From: an uncultured virus (IMG/VR IMGVR_UViG_3300042564_005465)
Taxonomy: Duplodnaviria; Heunggongvirae; Uroviricota; Caudoviricetes
DNA: 20,000 bases
Direction: 5' to 3' (one strand)
Virus record (IMG/VR): IMGVR_UViG_3300042564_005465
Shown here piece after piece: positions 8,028 through 16,189 of the stretch. Every line of letters starts with the position of its first letter. The stretch's first letter is position 1. The translations under genes were made by a program, and so were the position numbers. The notes beneath the pieces are model-generated. The model was not told the DNA's origin. It made no database searches and worked only from the letters and a program-made list of their open reading frames with translations.

Positions 8028-9356
8028 GTGAGCCTTCCTTATATCGCCGGACGTGACTTCCTTACTATCATGCACAACGGGGTAACCCATACTGTGCGTG
8101 AAGGCATGACCAACTACTTCAGCCTACGTGAAGCTGTTCGAGCCAAGGAGTGGGACCGTGTTCCTGATCTTCTTAGCCCAGCAAAGGCAGTTGAAACCTT
8201 TGGTGCTGGCACCATCAAAGTCGTGGATGGTGAAGTGCTGATGAATGGTCAGCCGCTGCACAATGCTGTGACCCAGCGCATTCTGGAAATGGTAAGCGAT
8301 GGCTTTGATGCTGCGCCGCTGACCCGCTTCCTGGAGAAGCTGATGCAGAACCCCAGCCGAATTGCTGTTACTGAACTCTACGATTGGCTGGAGCGCACCA
8401 GCCTGCCCATTACTGAAGATGGTGACTTCCTGGCCTACAAGAAGGTGCGAGACGATTACGGCAGTTTTCATGACTATGGCAAGACCATGAACCGAGTGGG
8501 CGATAAGCCCAGCATGCCTCGCAATCAGGTGGATGACGTTCGGGACCGCACTTGCAGCTACGGACTCCACTTCTGCAGCCTCAGCTACCTCCCTTGCTAT
8601 CACGGTGGTCAAGGGCGTGTGATGATCGTGAAGATCAACCCCGCTGATGTAGTGAGCATCCCAAGCGACTACGACTTTGCCAAAGGCCGGGCCTGCACAT
8701 ATGAGGTAATTAGTGAGCACACTGCTGGTGAGGATCGCGAAGCGTTCTCTTCTCCGGTGGTTTCCAACCAGGGTGAGCCAGTGAAGAACGCTCGCACCAA
8801 CACCTCAACTGCACAGGCTACGGCTGTGCTGGGTGTGGAGTTTGGGAACGCTGCTCGTGCAAAGCTGGTACAAGGGCTGGTGGATCAGGTTTCTCAACGC
8901 TACAGCGCAGGTCAAACCCGCAACCCAGAACAGGGTCGTGTGGATGGCTTTGACGATGCCTGGGACAACCGTGCACCTGACCTTGGACGATACCAAGGTA
9001 ATGTCACCCGTGAGGCAGTGGACTACGCTCGGAGTTATTTCGAAGGCTACGACAAGTGCCGTGGAAACTCCAGCACTGTGACCACACCAGCGCCAACGGC
9101 AACAGTGGCTGACACTGGAATTTCTGTCGAGGACTTTGAGTATGAAGACGAGATCCAGCAGGCAGAGATCATCCGAGTGCTGAGCATGCCTGTGGGTTAC
9201 CGCAAGCATGGTTACGACAATGGGTGGGATGAAGGCAACGTTGCTGGATGTAACCATGGTAAGGTTGGGCACTTCAATCTCTATGGTGCAGAAGAGGGCG
9301 GAAAAGGGTATCGGCGAGGCTACATTGACGGTTACCTCACTGGCTTCAACTTTTAA
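8028..9356 (+). CDS. rIIB: RIIB-like protein with C-terminal extension
   Basis: FLEKLMQNPS..ELYDWL..LPITEDGDFLAYKKV..MPRNQVDD..TCSYGLH..VKINPADVVSIPSDY..KGRACTYEV. Confidence 0.93.
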   Translation: MSLPYIAGRDFLTIMHNGVTHTVREGMTNYFSLREAVRAKEWDRVPDLLSPAKAVETFGAGTIKVVDGEVLMNGQPLHNAVTQRILEMVSDGFDAAPLTRFLEKLMQNPSRIAVTELYDWLERTSLPITEDGDFLAYKKVRDDYGSFHDYGKTMNRVGDKPSMPRNQVDDVRDRTCSYGLHFCSLSYLPCYHGGQGRVMIVKINPADVVSIPSDYDFAKGRACTYEVISEHTAGEDREAFSSPVVSNQGEPVKNARTNTSTAQATAVLGVEFGNAARAKLVQGLVDQVSQRYSAGQTRNPEQGRVDGFDDAWDNRAPDLGRYQGNVTREAVDYARSYFEGYDKCRGNSSTVTTPAPTATVADTGISVEDFEYEDEIQQAEIIRVLSMPVGYRKHGYDNGWDEGNVAGCNHGKVGHFNLYGAEEGGKGYRRGYIDGYLTGFNF

Positions 9357-9366
9357 CAACACAAGC

Positions 9367-9391
9367 TGGGGGAAGCACCAAGCTTCCCCCA
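9367..9391. other. intergenic stem-loop (10-bp stem, 5-nt loop) without a clear U-tract
   Basis: TGGGGGAAGC-ACCAA-GCTTCCCCCA. Confidence 0.7.
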
Positions 9392-9413
9392 CAACCTTTG
9401 AAAGGTCTCCCTT

Positions 9414-9944
9414 ATGTTTGTTTGGGAATTTCTAGCAGTTGGGGCTCTGGGCTTTTGGCTGCTGCTGGTGCTGAGTGCCATTCTCATGAGTGAGATGCTG
9501 GACAACGATGCACCAGGTTGGGCAACCATTGTTGCTATCGTGACTATGGCTGTGTTGGTTGTGTTTGGTGGCTTAAACCCCATCTCATACCTAACTGCAC
9601 ATCCTGGTGAGATTGTGCTGGGAATTGCAGCTTACTTCTTTGCTGGTGCTGTGTGGAGTTTGGTCAAATGGTATTTTTGGCTGGTCAAGCTGCGTCGGCG
9701 AATTGATGCCGGCGAGACGCAAGAACGTGTGCTCTATACTGCAGGTGTGCGTCAGTTTCCTCCAAACCCTGGCGATCACAAAAGTCGGATCATTGGATGG
9801 ATTGCACTTTGGCCTGCCAGCATGCTGTGGACCGTTATCAACGATCCGGTTCGGCGCGCTGCGGAAGAGATCTACGCTCGTCTAGGTGGCACTTATCAAA
9901 GGATCAGCAACCGGGTGTTTCAAGGCTACAACAAAAAGGACTAA
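9414..9944 (+). CDS. multi-pass membrane protein
   Basis: AAAGG RBS; three to four hydrophobic segments; Trp-rich C-terminal segment (IIGWIALWPASMLW). Confidence 0.85.
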   Translation: MFVWEFLAVGALGFWLLLVLSAILMSEMLDNDAPGWATIVAIVTMAVLVVFGGLNPISYLTAHPGEIVLGIAAYFFAGAVWSLVKWYFWLVKLRRRIDAGETQERVLYTAGVRQFPPNPGDHKSRIIGWIALWPASMLWTVINDPVRRAAEEIYARLGGTYQRISNRVFQGYNKKD

Positions 9945-9959
9945 TCTAAGAGGATATTG

Positions 9960-10151
9960 TTAAAATGGGGATGAGCAATCATCCCCATCCTTTTTTGACC
10001 AGTCTCCTAATATTTTCACATAAAGGATACGCACAGCTACGCCCAGTAGTTTTTGAATTTGGGTGTGTAGGTCATGTGTTCGATCAAGAGCGAATACCAA
10101 AGACTTCTGTGTCTTGTCACCAAGTTCAACTAATACAATATAATAATACAA
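9960..10151 (-). CDS. possible small protein (63 aa)
   Basis: GGGGAG ahead of a TTG start and TAAATA further upstream, but the 3' end overlaps the terminator hairpin. Confidence 0.35.
   Translation of the reverse strand: MYYYIVLVELGDKTQKSLVFALDRTHDLHTQIQKLLGVAVRILYVKILGDWSKKDGDDCSSPF
9965..9996 (+). terminator. intrinsic terminator, probably bidirectional
   Basis: ATGGGGATGA-GCAA-TCATCCCCAT then ccTTTTTT; A-run on the 5' side. Confidence 0.85.
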
Positions 10152-10282
10152 GGGCAGTCTCCCCTGGTGATTTAACCATATTGGCTATTTAAATTTTTCA
10201 AAAGCCGTGGAATTTCAATTTAAATATCCTGCAGGTTGCCAAGTGCAGCCTTCTCATTACATTGAAATTTCCATAGGCACTG

Positions 10283-12073
10283 ATGACCCAATCCCTCTCT
10301 GAAGTTGATGCTACACAAATTGAAACTTGGCAACTGTTGGTGCCGCACATCAAAAAACCAATTCCCAGTTGTCCACGATACACTGAACGACTTCTGCAAG
10401 AAATAGAGCTCATTACAGAACAGAGATTTGCGCCGCATTTTTTGCGGGTCTTGGAAATTTTGAATCTCACAAAGGATTTGCCACACATTACTCGAGGAAG
10501 TGCTGGCAGCTCACTGGTATGCTATCTTTTGGGAATTACTAATGTGGATCCTGTTGAGCACAATATTCCCTTAGCACGATTTATCAACCCCTTGCGTGAT
10601 GATTTGCCTGACGTTGACATAGATTTCAGCGCCAAGTTTCACAAAGAAGTATTGAATCGGATCTACGCCCACTGGCCTGGCCGTGCTGCTCGCCTCAGCA
10701 ACTATGTGAAATACCAACAAAAGAGTGCTGAGAAAGAGGCACTCAAGAGGGTATGTGGTATCAAAGGCAAGCGTGTTAAAAACAACAAGCCCATTGAGTT
10801 GGTTCCTGATCATCAAAAAGCCGAATGGAAAAAACTCACCAATAGGCTGATAGGCAAAAAGAAAAGTATTTCAAAACACCCTGGTGGTGTAGTGGTTTTT
10901 GAACAACCCCCAGCACCAAGTTTGGTGTTAAAAAAAGACAACCAAATCTTACTTGACAAATATGAGGTGGAAGACCTTGCACTTTTGAAGGTGGATGTGC
11001 TCAGCAACAGAGGGCTAAGTGTGCTGTGGGACTGTGACAAAAAGGGTGCATTTGACTATCCATTGGATTGTGATCTCACATTTGACATGCTCAGCGGAGG
11101 CGACAGCATTGGGGTTGTGCAAGGCGAAAGTCCTGTTATGCGACGCACCCTCAAGGGTTTGAGGCCCAGTTGTGTGAGCGATCTCACACTAGCTACAGCA
11201 CTTATTCGGCCAGCAGCACTTACTGGGCGTCAAAAAGGTGTGTTTTTTCGAGAGTGGATTGGACACAACGGGAGGCCCGGAAAACTGCAACACAAAGGTG
11301 GTTTGATCTTTGATGAAGATGCTATTGAACTCATCTGCGATATTTTGAAATGCAACCCTTTTGAAGCTGATATGTATCGTAGAGGCTTTGTGAAGAAAAA
11401 CGAAGAAATGATGTTTGATTTCATTGGGAAAATTGGTGAGAATCCGCAGAAAACTGAGATTTTGAAGCTGTTGTCAAACATGGATGGATTTGGTTTATGC
11501 AAGGCACACAGCATCAACCTAGCTCATCTCATCTACGCACAAGCTTATGAGAAACAGCATCACCCCAAGAGATTTTGGCTAGCTGTTCTTCAAAACGCTT
11601 GCAGCATGTATCGTCCTTGGGTGCACATTGAGGGTGCTAAAAAAGTTGGTTGGAAAATTGAAGGCAAGGGTCGACCTTGGAAGGTTGATGGTGATACTCT
11701 CTACAATGATCTGTGGACAGTGCCACTTTTTGAAAGCCACATTGATCAAATGGCCAAAATGGGATTTTGGACACACAGCAGTTGGATGCCTGGCTGCTAT
11801 TACCAAGAGTTTGGTGACACTGTTACACTTTGTGGGCTGGTAGCTGCACACAGATGCTATCACAAGGGCAGTGGTGAGTTTGTGACATTTTGTACGCTGG
11901 GCGTGGGGCCTGGTCAATTTGCTGAGGTTGTGTTGCCTGGTATGGTGGGTTTGAAAAACAAATCTGTGGTTGACTTGGTGGGAAAGCTGAACATTATCAA
12001 TGGTGTTGCCAGCATAACTGCACAAAAATTCAACACATATACCATTTGGGAACATGCCAAAAATTTAGGTTGA
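10283..12073 (+). CDS. dnaE: minimal C-family DNA polymerase (DNA Pol III alpha-like) lacking the PHP domain
   Basis: RGSAGSSLVCYLLGITNVDP, RFINPLR..PDVDIDF, SKHPGGVV, LLKVDVL, ALIRP, FGLCKAHS; only 596 aa. Confidence 0.9.
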   Translation: MTQSLSEVDATQIETWQLLVPHIKKPIPSCPRYTERLLQEIELITEQRFAPHFLRVLEILNLTKDLPHITRGSAGSSLVCYLLGITNVDPVEHNIPLARFINPLRDDLPDVDIDFSAKFHKEVLNRIYAHWPGRAARLSNYVKYQQKSAEKEALKRVCGIKGKRVKNNKPIELVPDHQKAEWKKLTNRLIGKKKSISKHPGGVVVFEQPPAPSLVLKKDNQILLDKYEVEDLALLKVDVLSNRGLSVLWDCDKKGAFDYPLDCDLTFDMLSGGDSIGVVQGESPVMRRTLKGLRPSCVSDLTLATALIRPAALTGRQKGVFFREWIGHNGRPGKLQHKGGLIFDEDAIELICDILKCNPFEADMYRRGFVKKNEEMMFDFIGKIGENPQKTEILKLLSNMDGFGLCKAHSINLAHLIYAQAYEKQHHPKRFWLAVLQNACSMYRPWVHIEGAKKVGWKIEGKGRPWKVDGDTLYNDLWTVPLFESHIDQMAKMGFWTHSSWMPGCYYQEFGDTVTLCGLVAAHRCYHKGSGEFVTFCTLGVGPGQFAEVVLPGMVGLKNKSVVDLVGKLNIINGVASITAQKFNTYTIWEHAKNLG

Positions 12074-12097
12074 CTGGTTCTTCAACTCTGCTATAAC
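12070..12097 (+). promoter_or_regulatory. early promoter
   Basis: TTGACT-16 nt-TATAAC with CTGC before the -10; the dnaE stop lies in the -35. Confidence 0.75.
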
Positions 12098-12124
12098 TAC
12101 GCGATGAAGCAGAGGAGAGCAATA

Positions 12125-12277
12125 GTGAACAAATCTCACAAGCTGGTGGCTACAGCCCCTCGCAAGCCTCGCCGAGCAATGGAGCTGTTCTCTGACGCGA
12201 GGTTTCAGCCGCGTGTAGTGAAATCCAAGCGTGCTTACACCCGCCGGCCCCGCAACAACCGTAACCTGGACCAGTAG
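12125..12277 (+). CDS. small basic protein, ArfA-like (50 aa), absent from the ORF track
   Basis: GAGGAG RBS + GTG; MNKSHKLVATAPRKPRRAMELFSDARFQPRVVKSKRAYTRRPRNNRNLDQ; coding status likely, ArfA likeness tentative. Confidence 0.7.
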   Translation: MNKSHKLVATAPRKPRRAMELFSDARFQPRVVKSKRAYTRRPRNNRNLDQ

Positions 12278-12288
12278 GAACAACTACC

Positions 12289-12720
12289 ATGAGTGAGTGG
12301 CAGGATTTTGATGTTCACTACAACGATGAAGAGCAGGAAGGAGAGGGCCGATGCCCACGTGTGGCAATGTTCCCTCATGTGCGTCCCAAGGGCATTGTAG
12401 GTGGCAATCGACAGGTCACCAACCTTGAACGTATCTGGATCACTTTCGACTACCCCTTGAGCCAGCCCTCCACACGCCAGTTTTTCAATGATGGTGGCTG
12501 GACCCTTTATGACTTCTACCGGGCAGTATATGAGGGCTATGTGAAGATCTATGCGGAGGAAGAAGGTGCTGCTGGTGATCCTGGCTTGATCCCAGGCATG
12601 CTGAACCGAGCTCGCAGCGAAGGACCGCATGGCATTTGGGGGCATGGCATCGAGGATCTGTTCCTTGAAGGTTACCAGGAAGTGGCACCTGGAGAGTTCA
12701 AGCTGGGCATGGGCAGCTGA
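12289..12720 (+). CDS. hypothetical protein (FDYPL...IY.EE...LNR...GIWGH.I.DL.LE)
   Basis: AGGA RBS; 143-aa ORF with C-ending codon bias. Confidence 0.8.
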   Translation: MSEWQDFDVHYNDEEQEGEGRCPRVAMFPHVRPKGIVGGNRQVTNLERIWITFDYPLSQPSTRQFFNDGGWTLYDFYRAVYEGYVKIYAEEEGAAGDPGLIPGMLNRARSEGPHGIWGHGIEDLFLEGYQEVAPGEFKLGMGS

Positions 12721-12727
12721 CTCTGAT

Positions 12728-12768
12728 TTGGCATAGGCAATTTTGCTCCATATAATCTTGGGAGCAAA
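12728..12768 (+). promoter_or_regulatory. promoter for clpP with an inverted repeat bracketing the -10
   Basis: TTGGCA-17 nt-TATAAT; TTTGCTCC (12742-12749) / GGAGCAAA (12761-12768). Confidence 0.65.
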
Positions 12769-12782
12769 CAAAGGAGTTGCCT

Positions 12783-13343
12783 ATGCCGCCACTAGCTGGA
12801 AAAGTGTTGCCCAGTCTTGAAGATCACAATGTGTATCTTTTCATGGAGTCATTTGAGGACAAAACTGTTCGACCCGTTATTGAGTTCATTCTACGAAAAA
12901 ATCTCTTGCCCAACAAAGAGCGTCCCCCGCATCTCACAATCATTATTTGCAGCCCAGGTGGAGAGATGCCGTCTGCCTTTGCACTGATTGATGTAATCAA
13001 AGGCAGCACTATTCCAATTCACACTGTTGGCCTCGGCCAAATTGCCAGTTGCGGCCTTCTCCTATTTATGAGTGGAGCCAAAGGGCATCGAGTCATTACC
13101 CCTAGCACCAGCATCATGAGTCATCAATACTCTTGGGGGCAAGGTGGGAAACATCACGAACTCTTGTCAACAGTCAAGGAGTTTGAACTCACTGGCAAAC
13201 GAATGATCGAATTGTATCGGCATTGTACTGGTCTGGATGAGAAAACAATTCGCAAATTACTGCTGCCGGCCAGCGACGTTTGGCTCACTCCTGAAGAGGC
13301 AGTCAATTACGGTATTGCTGACGAGATCAAAGAGACTTTTTGA
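12783..13343 (+). CDS. clpP: ClpP-like serine protease
   Basis: SPGG, TVGLGQIASCG (Ser), IMSHQ (His), DVWLTPEEAVNYGIADEI (Asp); AAGGAG 6 nt before ATG 12783. Confidence 0.92.
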   Translation: MPPLAGKVLPSLEDHNVYLFMESFEDKTVRPVIEFILRKNLLPNKERPPHLTIIICSPGGEMPSAFALIDVIKGSTIPIHTVGLGQIASCGLLLFMSGAKGHRVITPSTSIMSHQYSWGQGGKHHELLSTVKEFELTGKRMIELYRHCTGLDEKTIRKLLLPASDVWLTPEEAVNYGIADEIKETF

Positions 13344-13661
13344 TTATTTTTCTGGATTGGGCAACCGGGCCACACGGTCTAAATCATTGCCCATTCTCTG
13401 CAAGTTGAGATTTTTCAAACGGCTCATCAAGGTCAAGGCGATGGGATCTTTCACACTGTCTGAGCTGGCTTTGATGTAGTCGTCCAAGCTGTTTAAGAGA
13501 TCAGCTACAGTTTTGATTGCAGGGTAATCTGGTGGTAGTTTGAACTGAGCTGCCTCTCTACCATAGTTGACTTGTCCTTGCTGAATCATCCGATCCACTT
13601 GGGTCTCGCCTTCATAGGCTTCAAGAACAACCTTGCGCCAAAGTTGGATATCTTCTTTCAT
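13344..13661 (-). CDS. hypothetical protein (105 aa), possibly late-expressed
   Basis: ATG 13661 lies 5 nt after TAAATA; stop abuts the clpP stop. Confidence 0.7.
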   Translation of the reverse strand: MKEDIQLWRKVVLEAYEGETQVDRMIQQGQVNYGREAAQFKLPPDYPAIKTVADLLNSLDDYIKASSDSVKDPIALTLMSRLKNLNLQRMGNDLDRVARLPNPEK

Positions 13662-13666
13662 ATATC

Positions 13667-13672
13667 TATTTA
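13667..13672 (-). promoter_or_regulatory. possible T4-like late promoter core TAAATA
   Basis: TGG-TAAATA-GATAT-ATG; partial match to TATAAATA. Confidence 0.35.
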
Positions 13673-14365
13673 CCAACGGGCGTTCTTGTCAAAACCAGCG
13701 TCCTCTAGATCCTTTTGGCAATCAAACATAGCACTTTTGCCTTGGCCGGCATATTTGGCCAATATGTCTTGCACAGTAGAGGCAGGATCTTGGTAATAGT
13801 TGGCAAACGTTACCATATTTGCAATCAGTGTTCGCAACAGTGGCAGCTCTGGATCATAGGAGAGCCTCAACTCTCCTGGTATAACTTTTGGTAAGCCTTC
13901 CAAACTCTTCAATGGGTTGTCGGCACAGAAAAAGTCATCCCCTACAGTTTCGGGCGCCCCTATGAGGTTGTGTAACCCGTTGTCACTACAATAAAATCCC
14001 CCGCCCACAGAGTTTGGTGCCCCCGCAAGACTAGTGAGATTACAATGGTTACACCAATAGTTGCCGCCTACTGTTTGTGGTCCACCACGCAATCCTTTTT
14101 CTCCAAGTGGATTGCTGTCTACGTCAAATTCACGATGCACAATTTGTGGGCTGCCCTTCAAACTCCACAGGTTTTTGTCAACGGCTTTGAAATTGTAGAC
14201 TGTTCCAAAACGCACAGGTAGTTCTTGAAAGGCTGGTGCAGGGTTGATCATTTTCACACCATCTGCACTGTTGAACAACCCCTCCTTGTCAATGTTGTCA
14301 ACTGAGATGTTGATACCTATGAAATACATCTTAAATCGCAGTAGTAACTTATCTTTATCTACCAT
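13670..14365 (-). CDS. LRR-array paralog, terminal copy
   Basis: LTSLAGAPNSVGGGFYCSDN-type repeats; LPLLRTL; tail MFDCQKDLEDAGFDKNARW. Confidence 0.9.
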   Translation of the reverse strand: MVDKDKLLLRFKMYFIGINISVDNIDKEGLFNSADGVKMINPAPAFQELPVRFGTVYNFKAVDKNLWSLKGSPQIVHREFDVDSNPLGEKGLRGGPQTVGGNYWCNHCNLTSLAGAPNSVGGGFYCSDNGLHNLIGAPETVGDDFFCADNPLKSLEGLPKVIPGELRLSYDPELPLLRTLIANMVTFANYYQDPASTVQDILAKYAGQGKSAMFDCQKDLEDAGFDKNARW

Positions 14366-14934
14366 CTGGCATTCCCTTCAAATCCAGCATCTTCCAAGTC
14401 TTTTTGGCAGTCAAACATTGCTCGTTTGCCTTGCCCTGCATATTTGACTAAGATTTTTTCCAATTCCACTTGATCTGGATTGGGCCAAATTTTCTGGGCT
14501 ACCAGTGTGCGCAACAAGGGAAGAGTGGGTGTATAATCAAACTCTACACCGAGCCCCCCAATATGTGATGCTAGCCCATCTAAATTTTCCAATGGATTCT
14601 TAGTCACAAGATAATAGGTTCCCACATAGTCAGGTCCGCCAGTTAAGGTGGTTAAGTTGTTGTTTTTGACAGAGAATGCCTTTCCAACCCAATATGGGGA
14701 ACCTTCGAGCGTTGTGAGTCCAAGATCAACCGCTTGAAAGTTACCAGTGATTTTACCAAACACCAGAGGAAGTGTTTTGTGGCTTCTCCTCCCAAACAGT
14801 CGATGCAAGTCAATGTCACCAGAGATGTCAACTCTATTTTCGCTATCTAGTGAGATGGAGTTAAGGGCAAGTGTTGGGGCATAATCACGGAGTATTTGTT
14901 TAGCTTCTTGCAGACTGCTTGCTTTATCTACCAT
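14359..14934 (-). CDS. LRR-array paralog
   Basis: LTTLEGSP/LTTLTGGP repeats; conserved tail; 7-nt overlaps. Confidence 0.9.
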   Translation of the reverse strand: MVDKASSLQEAKQILRDYAPTLALNSISLDSENRVDISGDIDLHRLFGRRSHKTLPLVFGKITGNFQAVDLGLTTLEGSPYWVGKAFSVKNNNLTTLTGGPDYVGTYYLVTKNPLENLDGLASHIGGLGVEFDYTPTLPLLRTLVAQKIWPNPDQVELEKILVKYAGQGKRAMFDCQKDLEDAGFEGNARW

Positions 14935-15623
14935 CTTGCATTCTCCTCAAAGCCAGCGTCCTCTAGATCCTTTTGGCAATCAAACAGGGCTCGTTTTCCT
15001 TGGCCGGTATATTTGTTGAGTATGAGTTCCACGTCCTTCATCTTCTCTCCATTATCGGGATTGATAAGCTGTATTTCGTTCACAGTCAAAAGGCCCAACA
15101 AGGGTAAATGTGGTTTCCAAGTGATTACCACAGTGTTTACATGTGCAGGAGTATTACGAAAATGTTCAAAAGGGTTTTCAGTGGCCCAAATATAATTTGT
15201 GGGTGGACAAGACTCTAGACTGGTCAACAGATTTTTATTACACACTAACTCATATAAGACAGGTGGACAATATTTCAAGCTCACTAACTGATTGTTGCTG
15301 CAATCAAAATTTTGAGTTTCTTTGGGTGCGTATTGTAGGGAAGTTAACTGATTATCTTCACAATGGAAGTCTCCTTGGACAACAAGTGGACAGCCTTCTA
15401 AGCTCTTCAATCCCATTCCCGAAACAATGAAATCATAATGAGCTATCTTGAATTTGATAGGTAGTTTTCCAGTGGCAAATGACCGAACAGCCCCAGCAGA
15501 GGAATATAATTCCACCCAACCATGGTCATCAACATTGTAATCGTCGTTATCAAGTGGTCGTTCAGAATAAGTGGTCTTGAAATGCCTTGTGAGTATTTTG
15601 GCTGTGTTGTATTTGTCTACCAT
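14928..15623 (-). CDS. LRR-array paralog
   Basis: True start MVDKY at 15623 by the shared junction pattern; LKSLEGCP/LTSLQYAP repeats; conserved tail. Confidence 0.9.
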   Translation of the reverse strand: MVDKYNTAKILTRHFKTTYSERPLDNDDYNVDDHGWVELYSSAGAVRSFATGKLPIKFKIAHYDFIVSGMGLKSLEGCPLVVQGDFHCEDNQLTSLQYAPKETQNFDCSNNQLVSLKYCPPVLYELVCNKNLLTSLESCPPTNYIWATENPFEHFRNTPAHVNTVVITWKPHLPLLGLLTVNEIQLINPDNGEKMKDVELILNKYTGQGKRALFDCQKDLEDAGFEENARW

Positions 15624-16189
15624 CTGGCATTTCCCCCAAACCCTGCATCTTCCAGTTCTTTTTGGCAATCGAACATTGCTCGTTTTCCCTGTCCCTGGTA
15701 ACGAAACATTATGTTGTTCACCGCATCACGTGCTGCTTCTATCTCAAGAGTTGGCTCACTTGGCAGTCGCAAAACTAGTCCCAATTTGGCCACCAGTGTT
15801 CTAAGTAATGGCAGTTTAGGATCATAGGTGAGTTCTATCCAACCCCCAATCTCTGTGCTCAAGCCCTCGAGACTCTTCAATGGATTTCTTTCCAAACTCA
15901 AGTTACCCCCAACCTTACTGGGCATGCCCGCCAAGCTTTGGATTTGATTGTTGTGGGCCCAAAGATTGCCGCCTACCTCAGCGGGCGAATTCTGGAAGCT
16001 CTTGAGATTGCTGTTAGCCAAATACAAATGTCCAGCTATTGAGCTAAATTTGAAAGGCAAGTGAGATATGGCCCGGCCAGCATTTACATTACCGTAAGCT
16101 ACAATTGTTCCATCATCGCAAATACGGTATTCGCCATCCATTGATAGGAATCTCTCAAGCTTTTCTTTTATTTCTCGTTTGTTTACCAT
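15617..16189 (-). CDS. LRR-array paralog
   Basis: LKSFQNSPAEVGGN/IQSLAGMPSKVGGN repeats; conserved tail. Confidence 0.9.
   Translation of the reverse strand: MVNKREIKEKLERFLSMDGEYRICDDGTIVAYGNVNAGRAISHLPFKFSSIAGHLYLANSNLKSFQNSPAEVGGNLWAHNNQIQSLAGMPSKVGGNLSLERNPLKSLEGLSTEIGGWIELTYDPKLPLLRTLVAKLGLVLRLPSEPTLEIEAARDAVNNIMFRYQGQGKRAMFDCQKELEDAGFGGNARW

Noticed and set aside
2020..9392. Long antisense ORFs (2020..2814, 6167..6652, 8124..8720, 8805..9392 and similar)
   Set aside because: Shadows of codon-biased + strand genes; no recognisable motifs or RBS
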